A DNA stretch of 64,000 nt from Promethearchaeota archaeon (GCA_048941285.1 JBHLNS010000001.1:64001-128000); one strand, 5' to 3'; counted from the stretch's first letter, positions 40,713 to 51,492 are shown. Made by a program: numbers and translations. Notes: a model not told the origin generated them from the sequence alone.

Positions 40713-40891
40713 TTATTATATATAAATAAAATTTTAGTTTGGAATTATTTCTTTTATAATTTTGTTTAGTATCACCCTCATATTATCTTTATTGATTGGT
40801 AAGCTAGAAAATTTCTAAATTTTTAAATAGTTAAAAAGAATATTATTTAGTTAAGCAGAATTAAAGAATCAGAACAGGGTCAATAAATAAA

Positions 40892-42865
40892 GTGGAAGCC
40901 GACAAAAACCATAAAATTTTAGAGAAGCAACTGAAAACTTTAGGCCAAAAGGTAAGGATTGACATTCTAAAAAAGTTAAAAAACACACAAACCCCCTTAT
41001 CATTCTCAAGGATACAAAAAGAAATTTTAGGAAATGAACTCACGTCAGTTAACTTGTCTTTTCATTTAAATAACTTAAAAAAATGTAAATTGGTTGATTC
41101 TTCTGAAGAAGGATATTCAATTACATTTTTAGGAGAACAAATTATAGATAAAATTCTATCTATTGAGCAAATTTTAAATGAGCAAAATCAAACAAGAATG
41201 ATCAGAACTTCAAAATATTCAAAAGAACTTTTTGATGCCAGTAAGATTGAAGAATATTTAGTTAATGAAGGTGAATTGGAACGTTATTTAGCTAGACAAA
41301 TTGCTCGCGAAGTAAAGGAACGTCTATCTAAAACTAATATAGAGTATTTAACTGCTCCTTTAATGAGGGAATATATTAATGCAATTCTGTTAGAAAACGG
41401 TTTAGAAGAAGTAAGACATAAGTTAACTCGATTAGGAACTCCTCCTTTTGAGGTAGCAAAATTATTTGATTCCCGTGAAAATGAGATCAACCCTAAGAAT
41501 TTTATTGAAAAATTGGGTTCTGATGTTTCAGAGCAATTTTTACTTCTAAATCTATTACCAAAAAAGTTAGCCGATTTATATCTATCTGGCGAAATTGCTC
41601 TTTTGCATTTAAATTATTGGGCGTTAAGGCCCTTAAGTCTCTATGTAGATACAAAAACCTTAATCAATTATGTTTTCAAGAAAGAAAAAATAGTTAAACA
41701 AAAAATTGAAAAAGATAATAATCATTCGGAATTTACTATTCAATTCTTAGATCTCTTATATTTATTAAAACAATTCTGCTCTGAAGATCTAGTCCTAGGT
41801 AATTTTAACAATCAATTCCTCTCTTCATTTCCACTCACCAAAGCAATTTCTTCTGACTTTTTTTTATTAACTTCTCAAATACTTAGATTTAATAATTTCT
41901 TTAATAAGAAAAAGCCCTCTCTAACACTTGAGTTCAATTATAAAGGGAGTTCTTTAAATCAGATTGTTATTGATGAAGCTTTTCTTAAATTATTAGATAA
42001 GAAATGTAAGGATCTTATCAAACCTTTATTTTTATTCGATTACTCATCTTTATTTCCTTCAAAGTTAAGAAGTAATAACATTTCTGATTTAATTCTTAAT
42101 AATTTCAAAGATAATGTAATATTATATAATAATATTTATTCAAATTTATTTAATTCAACCATAATCCAGATCCCGAATCCACAAATAAATCAAGTTATTT
42201 TAGATAAGATCTTAATTAATTTGCCTCTCATTTCAGTTCAAGCTAAGCAAAACGATGAAAAATTCTTTGAATTATTAATTGAAAAATTAAACGCTGTTTT
42301 TGAATTGTTTGACTATAAAGAGAAATTAGTACAGAAGAAATTAAGTTCGCTTGCGCAATGGGATTTGATTATATCAAATATTTTCAATAGTACTAAAAAA
42401 CTTGTATTTAAAAATGCTCTAAAATCTATTAGTTTTTTTGGTTTTAATGAAGCGGTTTTAAATCACTGTGGAATCGAACTTGATAGAACAAAGAGTAGTG
42501 AATCTTTTGCTCTAAAGATTTTAGCTTTAATGAAAAACACTATAAAGGAAAAAAACAATATCAGCGGAGATAATTTTGTTTTAAGTCAACCACATTATGA
42601 TTCCTATTTACAAGAATCTTGGCATAATGGTATAACACAATACAACCAAAAATTAAGGGGTTATTCCTCAAAGCTGATAAGAAATAATTCGAATCTATCT
42701 CTTAATAGAAAAATCAAGATATTTAAAAAATTTCAAAGAATTATAGACGAAGGCGCTTTATTTACGATTAAACTTAACAATGAAGAGAATAACGTAGATG
42801 AGTTTATAAAAATGATAATGGAATCAAAAATAAGTGCTGTCTCTTTACGAGATTGTATATGGTGA
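40892..42865 (+). CDS. ArsR-like wHTH plus ATP-cone plus degenerate class III ribonucleotide reductase (NrdD)-like domain
   Basis: RIDILKKL...LSFHLNNL...GYSIT wHTH; FDASKI...LTAPLMREYINAILLENG..RLG ATP-cone; INLP and GFNEAV NrdD remnants; no C-terminal RxxGY. Confidence 0.72.
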   Translation: MEADKNHKILEKQLKTLGQKVRIDILKKLKNTQTPLSFSRIQKEILGNELTSVNLSFHLNNLKKCKLVDSSEEGYSITFLGEQIIDKILSIEQILNEQNQTRMIRTSKYSKELFDASKIEEYLVNEGELERYLARQIAREVKERLSKTNIEYLTAPLMREYINAILLENGLEEVRHKLTRLGTPPFEVAKLFDSRENEINPKNFIEKLGSDVSEQFLLLNLLPKKLADLYLSGEIALLHLNYWALRPLSLYVDTKTLINYVFKKEKIVKQKIEKDNNHSEFTIQFLDLLYLLKQFCSEDLVLGNFNNQFLSSFPLTKAISSDFFLLTSQILRFNNFFNKKKPSLTLEFNYKGSSLNQIVIDEAFLKLLDKKCKDLIKPLFLFDYSSLFPSKLRSNNISDLILNNFKDNVILYNNIYSNLFNSTIIQIPNPQINQVILDKILINLPLISVQAKQNDEKFFELLIEKLNAVFELFDYKEKLVQKKLSSLAQWDLIISNIFNSTKKLVFKNALKSISFFGFNEAVLNHCGIELDRTKSSESFALKILALMKNTIKEKNNISGDNFVLSQPHYDSYLQESWHNGITQYNQKLRGYSSKLIRNNSNLSLNRKIKIFKKFQRIIDEGALFTIKLNNEENNVDEFIKMIMESKISAVSLRDCIW

Positions 42866-42905
42866 GAATTTGATATGAAAATAAAGAGATTTTATGAAAA
42901 AATTA

Positions 42906-43820
42906 TTATCCCATCAATTCGGCTAAAAGTGCTTTTCTCATGGGTATTCCATAATAAGTTTGCTTAAAGTAAATAGCTTTTTCTGAACTATCAACATCAG
43001 GAGAAATTTCTGTAATTCTTGGAAGTGGATGCAATAATCTAAAGTTATCTTTTGTATCCTCAAGATCCTCTTTTCTAAAGACATAAAATCCTTTAATTCT
43101 TTCATATTCTTCTAAATCCCCAAATCTTTCTTTTTGGATACGTGTCATATAAAGTACATCCAAAATATTTAATATTTTCCTGTAATTTGTAATTTCTTTA
43201 TACTTGACCTCGCGTTGTTGTAAAAAATCTTTATCTCGATTTCTCATTCTCAATTCCTTAGGACTTATGAAATAAATATTTATATTGAAATTTGATAAAA
43301 GAATTGAAAGTGAATGAACTGTTCTTCCATACTTAAGATCTCCCATCAATCCTATATTTAATCCATCTAAAGTACCAATCTCTTCCGTAATTGTTAATAA
43401 ATCCAATAATGCTTGAGTTGGATGTTCTCCACTTCCAGATCCCGCATTAATTATTGGGACTTTTGCAAATTTTGATGCCATTCTTGCGGCGCCTTCAAGT
43501 GAATGCCTTATAACTATACAATCACTATAATTTTCAACAGTCCTTATTGTATCAGCAATGCTTTCACCTTTTTTTATAGAAGAAACATCTCCTGAATGAA
43601 ATCCAATAACACTTCCACCTAGTCTATACATAGCAGATTCGAAACTAAGACGAGTACGAGTAGAGGGCTCAAAAAATAATGTAGCTAAAATTTTTCCATG
43701 AAGAAGATTTGAATTCTTAATCTCAATCATTTCTTTACCTTTCTTTAATATATATTCAATATCTTCTCTATCAAATTGCTTAGCACTTATAATTCCTTCC
43801 CTAAATTTCTCCTTAAACAT
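42906..43820 (-). CDS. pyrB: Aspartate carbamoyltransferase catalytic subunit
   Basis: FFEPSTRTRLSF, HPTQALLD, GDLKYGRTVHS, RIQKER and HPLPR motifs. Confidence 0.97.
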   Translation of the reverse strand: MFKEKFREGIISAKQFDREDIEYILKKGKEMIEIKNSNLLHGKILATLFFEPSTRTRLSFESAMYRLGGSVIGFHSGDVSSIKKGESIADTIRTVENYSDCIVIRHSLEGAARMASKFAKVPIINAGSGSGEHPTQALLDLLTITEEIGTLDGLNIGLMGDLKYGRTVHSLSILLSNFNINIYFISPKELRMRNRDKDFLQQREVKYKEITNYRKILNILDVLYMTRIQKERFGDLEEYERIKGFYVFRKEDLEDTKDNFRLLHPLPRITEISPDVDSSEKAIYFKQTYYGIPMRKALLAELMG

Positions 43821-43981
43821 TTATATTCTCAATCAATATGTTTTTATTAACATTATGTAAATAAGATTTAAATTATTTTTTATTTAAATGATGGCATTCA
43901 AAAAGAACCACCCAGAACTAATAAAATTTAAAATTTATAAATAATTATTTTAGTTAATTAGATAAAAACGGTTTGTTAAAT

Positions 43982-44263
43982 TTGAAATATCCTCGAACAA
44001 TACGAAGATACTGTCCTACTTGCCATTCACATCAAACGCATACCGTAGCTATATATAAGAAAGGCAAAGAACGTATGTTAAATCATGGACGTAGAAGAGT
44101 CGAACGGAAAAAACGAGGTTATGGGTCTTTTCCGAAAGAAATCTTTCACAAGAATGCAAAAATAAACAAGAGAACAACACCACTATTGGAATGTACTGAA
44201 TGTGGAAAAAAACAATATGCTAAATCATACCGAGTAAAACGTCTTGAATTGCAGGAAGCATAA
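43982..44263 (+). CDS. rpl44e: 50S ribosomal protein L44e (eL42)
   Basis: YCPTC..H.H, RKKRGYG and LECTECGK motifs; TTG start. Confidence 0.93.
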   Translation: MKYPRTIRRYCPTCHSHQTHTVAIYKKGKERMLNHGRRRVERKKRGYGSFPKEIFHKNAKINKRTTPLLECTECGKKQYAKSYRVKRLELQEA

Positions 44264-44277
44264 AAAAGTGAAAAATT

Positions 44278-44484
44278 ATGGTACATAAAAGAAAAGAAAA
44301 GGAACTTATCCCCCAACCAAAAAGTAGATTTTTACGTGTAAAATGTTTAAATTGTGGAAATCAACAAATTATATTTGGGTGTTCTGCTACTGATGTTGAA
44401 TGCTTAGTCTGCGGAAAAATTTTACTACAGTCTACTGGCGGCAAAGCTCGTATTCTCACAAAAATTTTAGAAGTACTTTCTTAA
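44278..44484 (+). CDS. rps27e: 30S ribosomal protein S27e
   Basis: [20 protein letters not shown]...[13 protein letters not shown]. Confidence 0.96.
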   Translation: MVHKRKEKELIPQPKSRFLRVKCLNCGNQQIIFGCSATDVECLVCGKILLQSTGGKARILTKILEVLS

Positions 44485-44495
44485 AATTCCGAAAT

Positions 44496-44851
44496 CTAAT
44501 TAAACTTAGTACTCCTAACCATATTCGCTTCATTACTTGTTAAAATATTTTGTATTTTAAATTTAGGATTTATGTACTTCACTCCTAAGTCGTTAAGTTT
44601 TTTAAAACTATATTAAAAGCTAATTGAACATCACTCTCTGTTTTTAAGCCGGTAAGAACCATTTTACCCGTAGAAAAAATCAAAATGGTTGATTTAGGGT
44701 TTTCTAATTTAATTACTAAGGGTGGAAATTTGTTGGGATCAAACTTGGCATTATCAAATTTATCAGCGAGTTTATTCAAAATAAGTTTTTCATTTAATTC
44801 AATACTGCCTGTTCCGACGATGTTTTCTATTTTATCAGTCAAGATCTTCAT
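44496..44851 (-). pseudogene. Single-repeat TATA-binding-protein-like gene; 0-frame stop at 44585, TBP-like sequence continues in the -1 frame to 44496
   Basis: IENIVG, FDPNKFPPLV...LIFSTGKMVLTGLK is one TBP repeat; the -1 frame reads LNDLGVKYINPKFKIQNILTS. Confidence 0.7.
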
Positions 44852-44978
44852 TTTCTCCTTATGATAATCTAAAATTTAATTGATAAGTAGGTATTGTAGC
44901 ATAATAGAACTAATCAAGAAAAAGAAAAATATATAAAATTTAGATATTGTGCTCTCTTGTGATTTTTTCTACAATTTA

Positions 44979-45440
44979 TTAAGATGATTTTTTACTCAAT
45001 ATTTCTTGAGCCGGAAGAGCTAGACCAATTACAAGAAGAGTAATTCCGACTACAAAGGTAACCATACTTGCTCCAATATATCCAATATAGATTTTATATA
45101 TGATAAATGTACTCCAAGAGATCCCACCACCTATAAGAATTGTGTACCACGACCATTTCTCAGCTTTACGATAAACATTTTGGTTTATTAAAACGATCAT
45201 AACTCCATTTGCTAAGAGAATGCAACCAACTAACTTTTTTGTTATAATATAAATCTCTGCAAATCTAGGATCACTAACTAAGTAATTTGGGTAAGTTGTG
45301 CCAGTATAATATGCAAAATCACTTACAAACATTATATCAGTTACAAATATCCAAAGTATTGCTATTATTATTGTATACATTCCCATAAATAGTATTAGAA
45401 ATGAACCAATCTCTAATTTCGATTTTTCCATCATTCTCAC
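44979..45440 (-). CDS. Membrane protein, unknown function
   Basis: 4 TM segments; YRKAEKWSW motif. Confidence 0.7.
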   Translation of the reverse strand: MRMMEKSKLEIGSFLILFMGMYTIIIAILWIFVTDIMFVSDFAYYTGTTYPNYLVSDPRFAEIYIITKKLVGCILLANGVMIVLINQNVYRKAEKWSWYTILIGGGISWSTFIIYKIYIGYIGASMVTFVVGITLLVIGLALPAQEILSKKSS

Positions 45441-45580
45441 TCTTATTTTTTATATAATCATTTAGTTATATTTTGATTATATTATTGGTTTTTTTTATAT
45501 TAATAATTAATCGTGAAACGAATCTTTCACGTAATATCTTTAATATCCAAGTAATACCTCTAATTAAAATAAGTGAGAAA

Positions 45581-45916
45581 TTATTCACGCCAAGTGAATT
45601 TACATTTAGTGCATTTAAAAAAGTGAGTACTTGGCTCATCAGAACTTCTTATTTGTACTTGCCAAGTTTCTGCTTCTAAATTTCTACATTTAGGACAATC
45701 TTTTTTAGTGATCGGATGAACAGTAATTTTATCATCCTCTGAGACTATCACCAAATTTTTTTCTAAAGCTTTTTTCTTCTTTGTGATGTTTTTTTCTATA
45801 TTAAGATTATTATTTTTTAGCTCTTGCTGATATCCACACTTACATATTAATAATAATTTTTCATCTAATTTTCTTTTGCGTAGAAGATTCGAACATTCTG
45901 GACAAAATTCAACCAT
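45581..45916 (-). CDS. tfs: Transcription factor S (TFS/RpoM family)
   Basis: FCPEC N-terminal ribbon; CPKC...QIRSSDEPSTHFFKCTKC..WRE with the catalytic DE pair. Confidence 0.92.
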   Translation of the reverse strand: MVEFCPECSNLLRKRKLDEKLLLICKCGYQQELKNNNLNIEKNITKKKKALEKNLVIVSEDDKITVHPITKKDCPKCRNLEAETWQVQIRSSDEPSTHFFKCTKCKFTWRE

Positions 45917-46078
45917 ATTGATTCTTATACCATAATTCAGTAATTCTTAACTTTAAAAAAGATTAAAGTTTAAAAAATTTTGTCCTAATTATAAAATTAT
46001 ATAAAAATTTTATATAAATGTAAAAAAGTTGTATAAATTCACTTTAATTAAAAAATCAATAATTTAAAATTGAGCTTT

Positions 46079-46435
46079 ATGGAGTTCAAGGAATTAATCA
46101 CTTTTTTAGGAACTAAAGATCTCAAAAAAACATCTAATTTTTACCAAAATATTGTAGGATTAACCCTTTATAAAGATCAAGGAGTTTGCTTAATATTTGA
46201 CATTAACAAACAAAGCAAGATAGGTTTTTGTGAACATATGCCAGTAATTTATGAAGGTAAAAGCCCAATTATTACTTTGATTACAGATGATGTAGATGGA
46301 ATATATGCTAAATTAAAGAATGCTGGAGTAATTATAACACAAAAACCTGAAATAAGTGAAAAATTCAAAATCTATCATTTCTTCTTAAAAGACCCGAATG
46401 GATACACAATTGAAATACAAAAATTCTTAGATTAA
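46079..46435 (+). CDS. VOC/glyoxalase family protein
   Basis: DLKKTSNFY...GL and FFLKDPNGYTIEI motifs. Confidence 0.85.
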   Translation: MEFKELITFLGTKDLKKTSNFYQNIVGLTLYKDQGVCLIFDINKQSKIGFCEHMPVIYEGKSPIITLITDDVDGIYAKLKNAGVIITQKPEISEKFKIYHFFLKDPNGYTIEIQKFLD

Positions 46436-46752
46436 TCCAGTTCTTTCTTGATATGATATAATTTTTGATAGTATTCAAAATTTAATTTATTCATGTCTTG
46501 AACAATATCCGCATTGAGTATTTTCTCTCCAGAGGATTGGAATTCTAGATCACCGATTACATTAATCAAATCATTTTCCTTAAATTTAAAATCATCAATA
46601 CTTATAGGATTAACAATTAAATCACCAGTTTCATCATTTAATATGATTTGAGCGTTACTTTTTATACTTTTGATATAACCAGTGACTTGGATTCGTTCAT
46701 CATCGATAGAAATATCCTTAATCATTCTTTGCCTAGCGTATTGAAAAGACAT
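46432..46752 (-). CDS. Single OB-fold protein (RPA small-subunit-like)
   Basis: RIQVTGYI..., LNDETG, INVIG and a C-terminal helix LNFEYYQKL; divergent from PCNA. Confidence 0.6.
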   Translation of the reverse strand: MSFQYARQRMIKDISIDDERIQVTGYIKSIKSNAQIILNDETGDLIVNPISIDDFKFKENDLINVIGDLEFQSSGEKILNADIVQDMNKLNFEYYQKLYHIKKELD

Positions 46753-46932
46753 TTTTTTTTTAAATATGGTTAATTTTAATATTTAATTCAAGGTTGAAAA
46801 TTTAAGATAAGTATAAATAATTAATTTAATACCTAAAATTGATATTATTAAAAGACTAATATCAAACATTATTAATAATGTGAATAAAACATATTTATCT
46901 TAATTATGATTCAATAAATATACTGAAAGATT

Positions 46933-47736
46933 ATGAGTTTTACATTAAAATTGGAAAATAGTCGCATATTGAAAGGAATAGTTGAAACTCTCGCGAGTAT
47001 TATTGATGAAACAGAGTTTCGAGTCACTCCTAAAAAGTTTACCATCTCAGCTATGGATCCAAGTAGAATTTGTTTATTAAAACTCTCAATTAATAAAGAG
47101 AATTTTGATGACTATCAATGCGATAAAGAATCAAAAGTTGGGTTAAACTTAGATGATTTAGATAAGATCTTAAAAAGAAGCGCTGCTAATGATTCTGTTG
47201 AAATTGATTTTAATGCAGCGGATCAGAAAATAAAAATAAAAATGCAGCGTGAAGGTACATCTCGTACAAGAACTTTTAGTTTAGCATTGTTAGATATTGA
47301 GATTGAAGAAATACCAATGGATAATCTTTTGAAGATAGAATATCCCTCAAAATGGGTAATTGAACCAGATTTCTTAGTCGAGGCAATAAAAGATGCTGAA
47401 ATCTATTCTGAGATCCTGAATATAATAGCAACAGAAGGACAAGGTTTAGTATTTAGCTCAACAGGGCAAATTGGTGAAATGGAATATCAACTTAATGAGG
47501 ATGATTTAATTGAGACAAATTTTAGTGGAACCAGTAGTGGTGCTTATTCTTTAACCTTTTTGAAGGCAATATTAAAAATAGCTTCCATCACTGAAAAGTT
47601 AGAAATATCTTTAAAAACTGATCACCCCTTGAAAATGATATTTAATCTTCTAGAAGGAGGAGAATTGAGCTACTTTTTAGCACCTCGAGTAGAAGAAGCA
47701 GAATTTGAAGATGATGATGATATGGATGAATTTTAA
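46933..47736 (+). CDS. pcn: PCNA sliding clamp
   Basis: AMDPSRICL, GLNLDDLDKILKR, YSLTFL and YFLAPRVE motifs. Confidence 0.96.
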   Translation: MSFTLKLENSRILKGIVETLASIIDETEFRVTPKKFTISAMDPSRICLLKLSINKENFDDYQCDKESKVGLNLDDLDKILKRSAANDSVEIDFNAADQKIKIKMQREGTSRTRTFSLALLDIEIEEIPMDNLLKIEYPSKWVIEPDFLVEAIKDAEIYSEILNIIATEGQGLVFSSTGQIGEMEYQLNEDDLIETNFSGTSSGAYSLTFLKAILKIASITEKLEISLKTDHPLKMIFNLLEGGELSYFLAPRVEEAEFEDDDDMDEF

Positions 47737-47889
47737 TTAAGTCCTCGTTTTATTACTTTTTAAAATAATTTGGATAGTTATAACTCATGAATCCTATTCT
47801 CTGAAATTTAAGATTCTTCTTATTAGGCGTTAAGAAAAGATTGAGAGCCTTTGATAATATTTTTTAGATAAAGGAGTTATATCTTATAT

Positions 47890-48864
47890 ATGGGGATACG
47901 ACAACGTCTTAAGGAAGCTACTCTAGTAAAAATTGGTCGATCACGGTACATGAAAATAATAGAAAAAGAAGAATTCATCGTAAATAATTATGAATGCATT
48001 TTATCCATTCCAGAATCACCTATACGATTTGAAATTCCTCTGGAAGTAATTAAACGTATTGAAGAAGGGAAAAATACCAAATTTTTCAGATTCAGGATTT
48101 TACCTGTTTTAATTGGGAGTATAAGGGGAATTCTAAAAGGATTTAAGGGAATAGTGAAAAATCCTTCTAATCCAAAAACAAAAATATCCGATAATAAGCT
48201 CCAAGAATTACAGGAATTCATTCTGTCATTAGGAATTGGGATGATTGGTTATTGCAAACTGCTTCCACAATATATTTTTCAAAATAAGGGAATTTTATAT
48301 AAAAATTGCATTGTTTTAATAATGGAAATGAATAAGGAGAAAATAGATAAAGCACCTAGTTACGATACTTTTCATGAAGTTCATCGCACATATAGGGATC
48401 TTGGAATAGCGACAAATAAGATCGCGAACTATTTGAGAAAAAATGAATTCGGAGCACATCCAGTACATCCTTTAAGTGGGGCAGTACTTACTCCCCCGCT
48501 TGCAAAAATCGCTGGTTTGGGGTGGCAGGGGCGTCATGGAATGATAATTACTCCTAAATATGGTCCAAGGATGCGGATCGCTACGGTATTTACCTCTATT
48601 GAGAATTTACCCTCCCCGATTGTTAATAACCATAGTTGGATAGAAGACTGGTGTAAAAAATGTGGAGTATGTATCAGTAAATGTCCTACATCCGCAATAA
48701 AAACTGTTTCAATTGAACAAGATAAAGGATTAATTAATCATATAGAAACTGAAAAATGTTTTCCTTATTTTGTAGAGAATCATGGCTGTTCGATTTGCAT
48801 AAAAGAGTGCCAATTCAACAAATTTGGATATAACGCAATCAAGATAAAACATCAATTAAAATGA
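47890..48864 (+). CDS. 4Fe-4S protein of the QueG/reductive-dehalogenase family
   Basis: AGLGWQGRHG.IITPKYGPRMR, CKKCGVCISKCP and C...CSICIKEC motifs. Confidence 0.78.
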   Translation: MGIRQRLKEATLVKIGRSRYMKIIEKEEFIVNNYECILSIPESPIRFEIPLEVIKRIEEGKNTKFFRFRILPVLIGSIRGILKGFKGIVKNPSNPKTKISDNKLQELQEFILSLGIGMIGYCKLLPQYIFQNKGILYKNCIVLIMEMNKEKIDKAPSYDTFHEVHRTYRDLGIATNKIANYLRKNEFGAHPVHPLSGAVLTPPLAKIAGLGWQGRHGMIITPKYGPRMRIATVFTSIENLPSPIVNNHSWIEDWCKKCGVCISKCPTSAIKTVSIEQDKGLINHIETEKCFPYFVENHGCSICIKECQFNKFGYNAIKIKHQLK

Positions 48865-49028
48865 GATTGATTATTATTAGAACTTTCCCTATTTATTATT
48901 TATTAGTTTGTTAATAGATTGATTAAAAATATCAGTAAACTAATTTACTCTTAATCTATTAAAGTTTAGTCCCATCATGTTTTTTAGATTATAATTATTT
49001 AATTTTAATAAAAGAGTATTTTAGGGCA

Positions 49029-50219
49029 ATGAGCGACATTTATGACTTAATAAAACGGTATCCTTGGCTCCCTTCGTTAAAAAAATATTATTCTGATACA
49101 GCCTCAAAAAATCCTTTAGATTTCCTAAATGATATCTTTTCATCTGATAAATCTACAGGCCTAAGAGAATGTATCTTAAATTTATTTACTGATGCTTTTA
49201 ATAATACTGAACTAATTTCTGATTATAATTTTGATGAAACAAATATTTATATTTATTTAATTCTAAGAATATTACTTTATGTTTTAAACGATAAAATTTT
49301 ATCAAATAGAGTCGCTAATATATACTCTAAAACTACTTACAATGAACTAAATAAAGAAAACGAATATAATTTATATTACATCTACAAAGACTTGGATTTA
49401 AATATATTATATGAAGAAAAACCTATTGTATATAAAAAAATTGTACTAAAAAACCAAGAACAAATTTATAGAACAAATTTTAAGATTTTTTTTATTGATT
49501 ATTTAAAATTGGCCTCTAACTTAAAAGACGAATACAGGAAATTAGTAAATAATGCCCTCCAAGGAGGTTATGTATATATTAAATCTGAAAGTCTTAATAG
49601 ATTACTACAGGAATATGTAAGAGCGAAAATATTGGCTCAAAATAATATAGATTCTAATAATATAGATGTTTTTAAAGAGAAATTGTTTGAAATACAAGAT
49701 TTTAAAGAATTATTTAACACAATTGTCGCGATTTGGGAATTAAAGAAAGATGAATTTGAATATTCGGTAGATATCACGTTTAAAGAGGGTCAAGACATGT
49801 CAGAAATCTTCCCTCCTTGTATAAAAGAAATAATATCTAAAGCACAAGAGGGACAGAATTTAATTCACACTGAGAGATTATTTATATTATGGGTTTTAAA
49901 TGCACTTAAATATCCAGAAGATAAAATTATTGATGTATTTTCAACACTACCTGATTTTGATCGAGAGAAAACTACATATCAAGTAAAATATGCAATTAAA
50001 AAGGGATATACTCCCTATTCGTGCAAATCTTTAAAATCGTATACTTTATGTATGGCAAATAAATATAAAGATAAATTATGCTTGGAAGGCTATTTATCAA
50101 AAAAGCTACAAGAGCAGAGGCAAATCTCTCATCCTTTGTTTTATATTCAATATAAGCAATTTAGTGCGTCATTTAAGACAAAATCTGAAAATAATATTAA
50201 TAATGATAAGGATGCCTGA
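49029..50219 (+). CDS. priL: DNA primase large subunit
   Basis: RYPWL, KLVN..L.GGYV, FPPCI, PDFDREKTTYQV and YTPYSC motifs. Confidence 0.92.
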   Translation: MSDIYDLIKRYPWLPSLKKYYSDTASKNPLDFLNDIFSSDKSTGLRECILNLFTDAFNNTELISDYNFDETNIYIYLILRILLYVLNDKILSNRVANIYSKTTYNELNKENEYNLYYIYKDLDLNILYEEKPIVYKKIVLKNQEQIYRTNFKIFFIDYLKLASNLKDEYRKLVNNALQGGYVYIKSESLNRLLQEYVRAKILAQNNIDSNNIDVFKEKLFEIQDFKELFNTIVAIWELKKDEFEYSVDITFKEGQDMSEIFPPCIKEIISKAQEGQNLIHTERLFILWVLNALKYPEDKIIDVFSTLPDFDREKTTYQVKYAIKKGYTPYSCKSLKSYTLCMANKYKDKLCLEGYLSKKLQEQRQISHPLFYIQYKQFSASFKTKSENNINNDKDA

Positions 50220-51492
50220 TAACAAATACTTAAAAAGACTTTTTCAAGCTTACTATAGAGAAAACCAATCTAAAATTCCAATACTTAGTCTTTTTGAAAA
50301 AAGAGAATTTGGATTTATTCCATGGGAGAAGCAAATAATGAATAGGCATATTGGTTTTACTTCCTCTGTCAATTTGAAAAAATACTTTATAAATAATACT
50401 CCAAAACATGCATATTCAAGTGGTTCACTCTTTCTTACACCAGAACATCAAGATATGCAAGAGAAAGGTTATCAAGGGTGTGATTTAATATTTGATATTG
50501 ATGTAGATCACTTTTATACTTCTTGCAAGGAACATCATGATATCTGGTATTGTAAAGAATGTGGCGAAAAGGGAAAGGGCATGGTAGAAAAGTGCCCGAA
50601 ATGCGGAAAATTAAAATTAAAAAGATTGAATTGGATTTGTGCAGATTGTTTAAATATTGCAAAAAGTGAGATTATTAAGTTAATTTATAACTTTCTAATT
50701 CCCGATTTTGACATTCCTATTGAAAAAATGAATATTGCTTTTTCAGGGCACCGAGGATATCATCTAAAAGTTGAAGATGAAAATATTAGAACATTATCTA
50801 GTGACGAGCGGAGAGAAATTATTGATTATATTACGGGGGAAAATATCTCACTCGAAATTTTAGGATTACAGGAAAAAGGAGGCAATATATTTGGATTTTC
50901 AAAAAATTCAATTGGTTGGCCTCAAAAAATTATCAAAGAAATTAATGGATTATTAAGTAAATCAAATATTGAAATCGAAACAATATTATCAGATAAAAGA
51001 AAGTTTAATTTAAGTCAAGGTCTTATAGAAAACTTTATAAATTTTAAAGATAACTTCCATCAGATAATTAGTAATAACCATAATAATAATTGGACATTAG
51101 TAGGCTTTAGTATGAATGCTTGGAATAAATTTTTAAAAACATTAATTGCTGAAATTGGAGTTGAAATTGACATACCGGTTTCAATTGATATTCATAGATT
51201 AATTCGATATCCTGGATCTTTGCATGGTACAACTGGATTTAGAGTTCAAGAATTATATCCAGATGATCTTGACGATTTTGATCCTTTAAATGAGTGGAAT
51301 GAAAAATTAGATCCAATAGTATTCAAAAGTAAAAAAGAAATTACTCAAAAAATAGAAATTGTTGAACCTGAAGTACCAATTACGAAAATAAAAGGGGAAA
51401 CTTATGGTCCCTATGTACAAGGAGAAAAAGTTGAAGTTCCTCACTATTTTGCTATATTTTTATTATGTAAAGGCGTAGCAAGAACTATTTAA
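50212..51492 (+). CDS. priS: DNA primase small (catalytic) subunit with Zn-ribbon insertion
   Basis: REFGF, DLIFDIDVD, FSGHRGYH and DIHRLIRYPGSLHG motifs; ATG 50212 overlaps the priL stop. Confidence 0.94.
   Translation: MPDNKYLKRLFQAYYRENQSKIPILSLFEKREFGFIPWEKQIMNRHIGFTSSVNLKKYFINNTPKHAYSSGSLFLTPEHQDMQEKGYQGCDLIFDIDVDHFYTSCKEHHDIWYCKECGEKGKGMVEKCPKCGKLKLKRLNWICADCLNIAKSEIIKLIYNFLIPDFDIPIEKMNIAFSGHRGYHLKVEDENIRTLSSDERREIIDYITGENISLEILGLQEKGGNIFGFSKNSIGWPQKIIKEINGLLSKSNIEIETILSDKRKFNLSQGLIENFINFKDNFHQIISNNHNNNWTLVGFSMNAWNKFLKTLIAEIGVEIDIPVSIDIHRLIRYPGSLHGTTGFRVQELYPDDLDDFDPLNEWNEKLDPIVFKSKKEITQKIEIVEPEVPITKIKGETYGPYVQGEKVEVPHYFAIFLLCKGVARTI

Noticed and set aside
47890-48864. Respiratory reductive dehalogenase
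   Set aside because: No Tat signal or rdhB membrane anchor gene nearby; only family-level motifs shared with QueG-like proteins.
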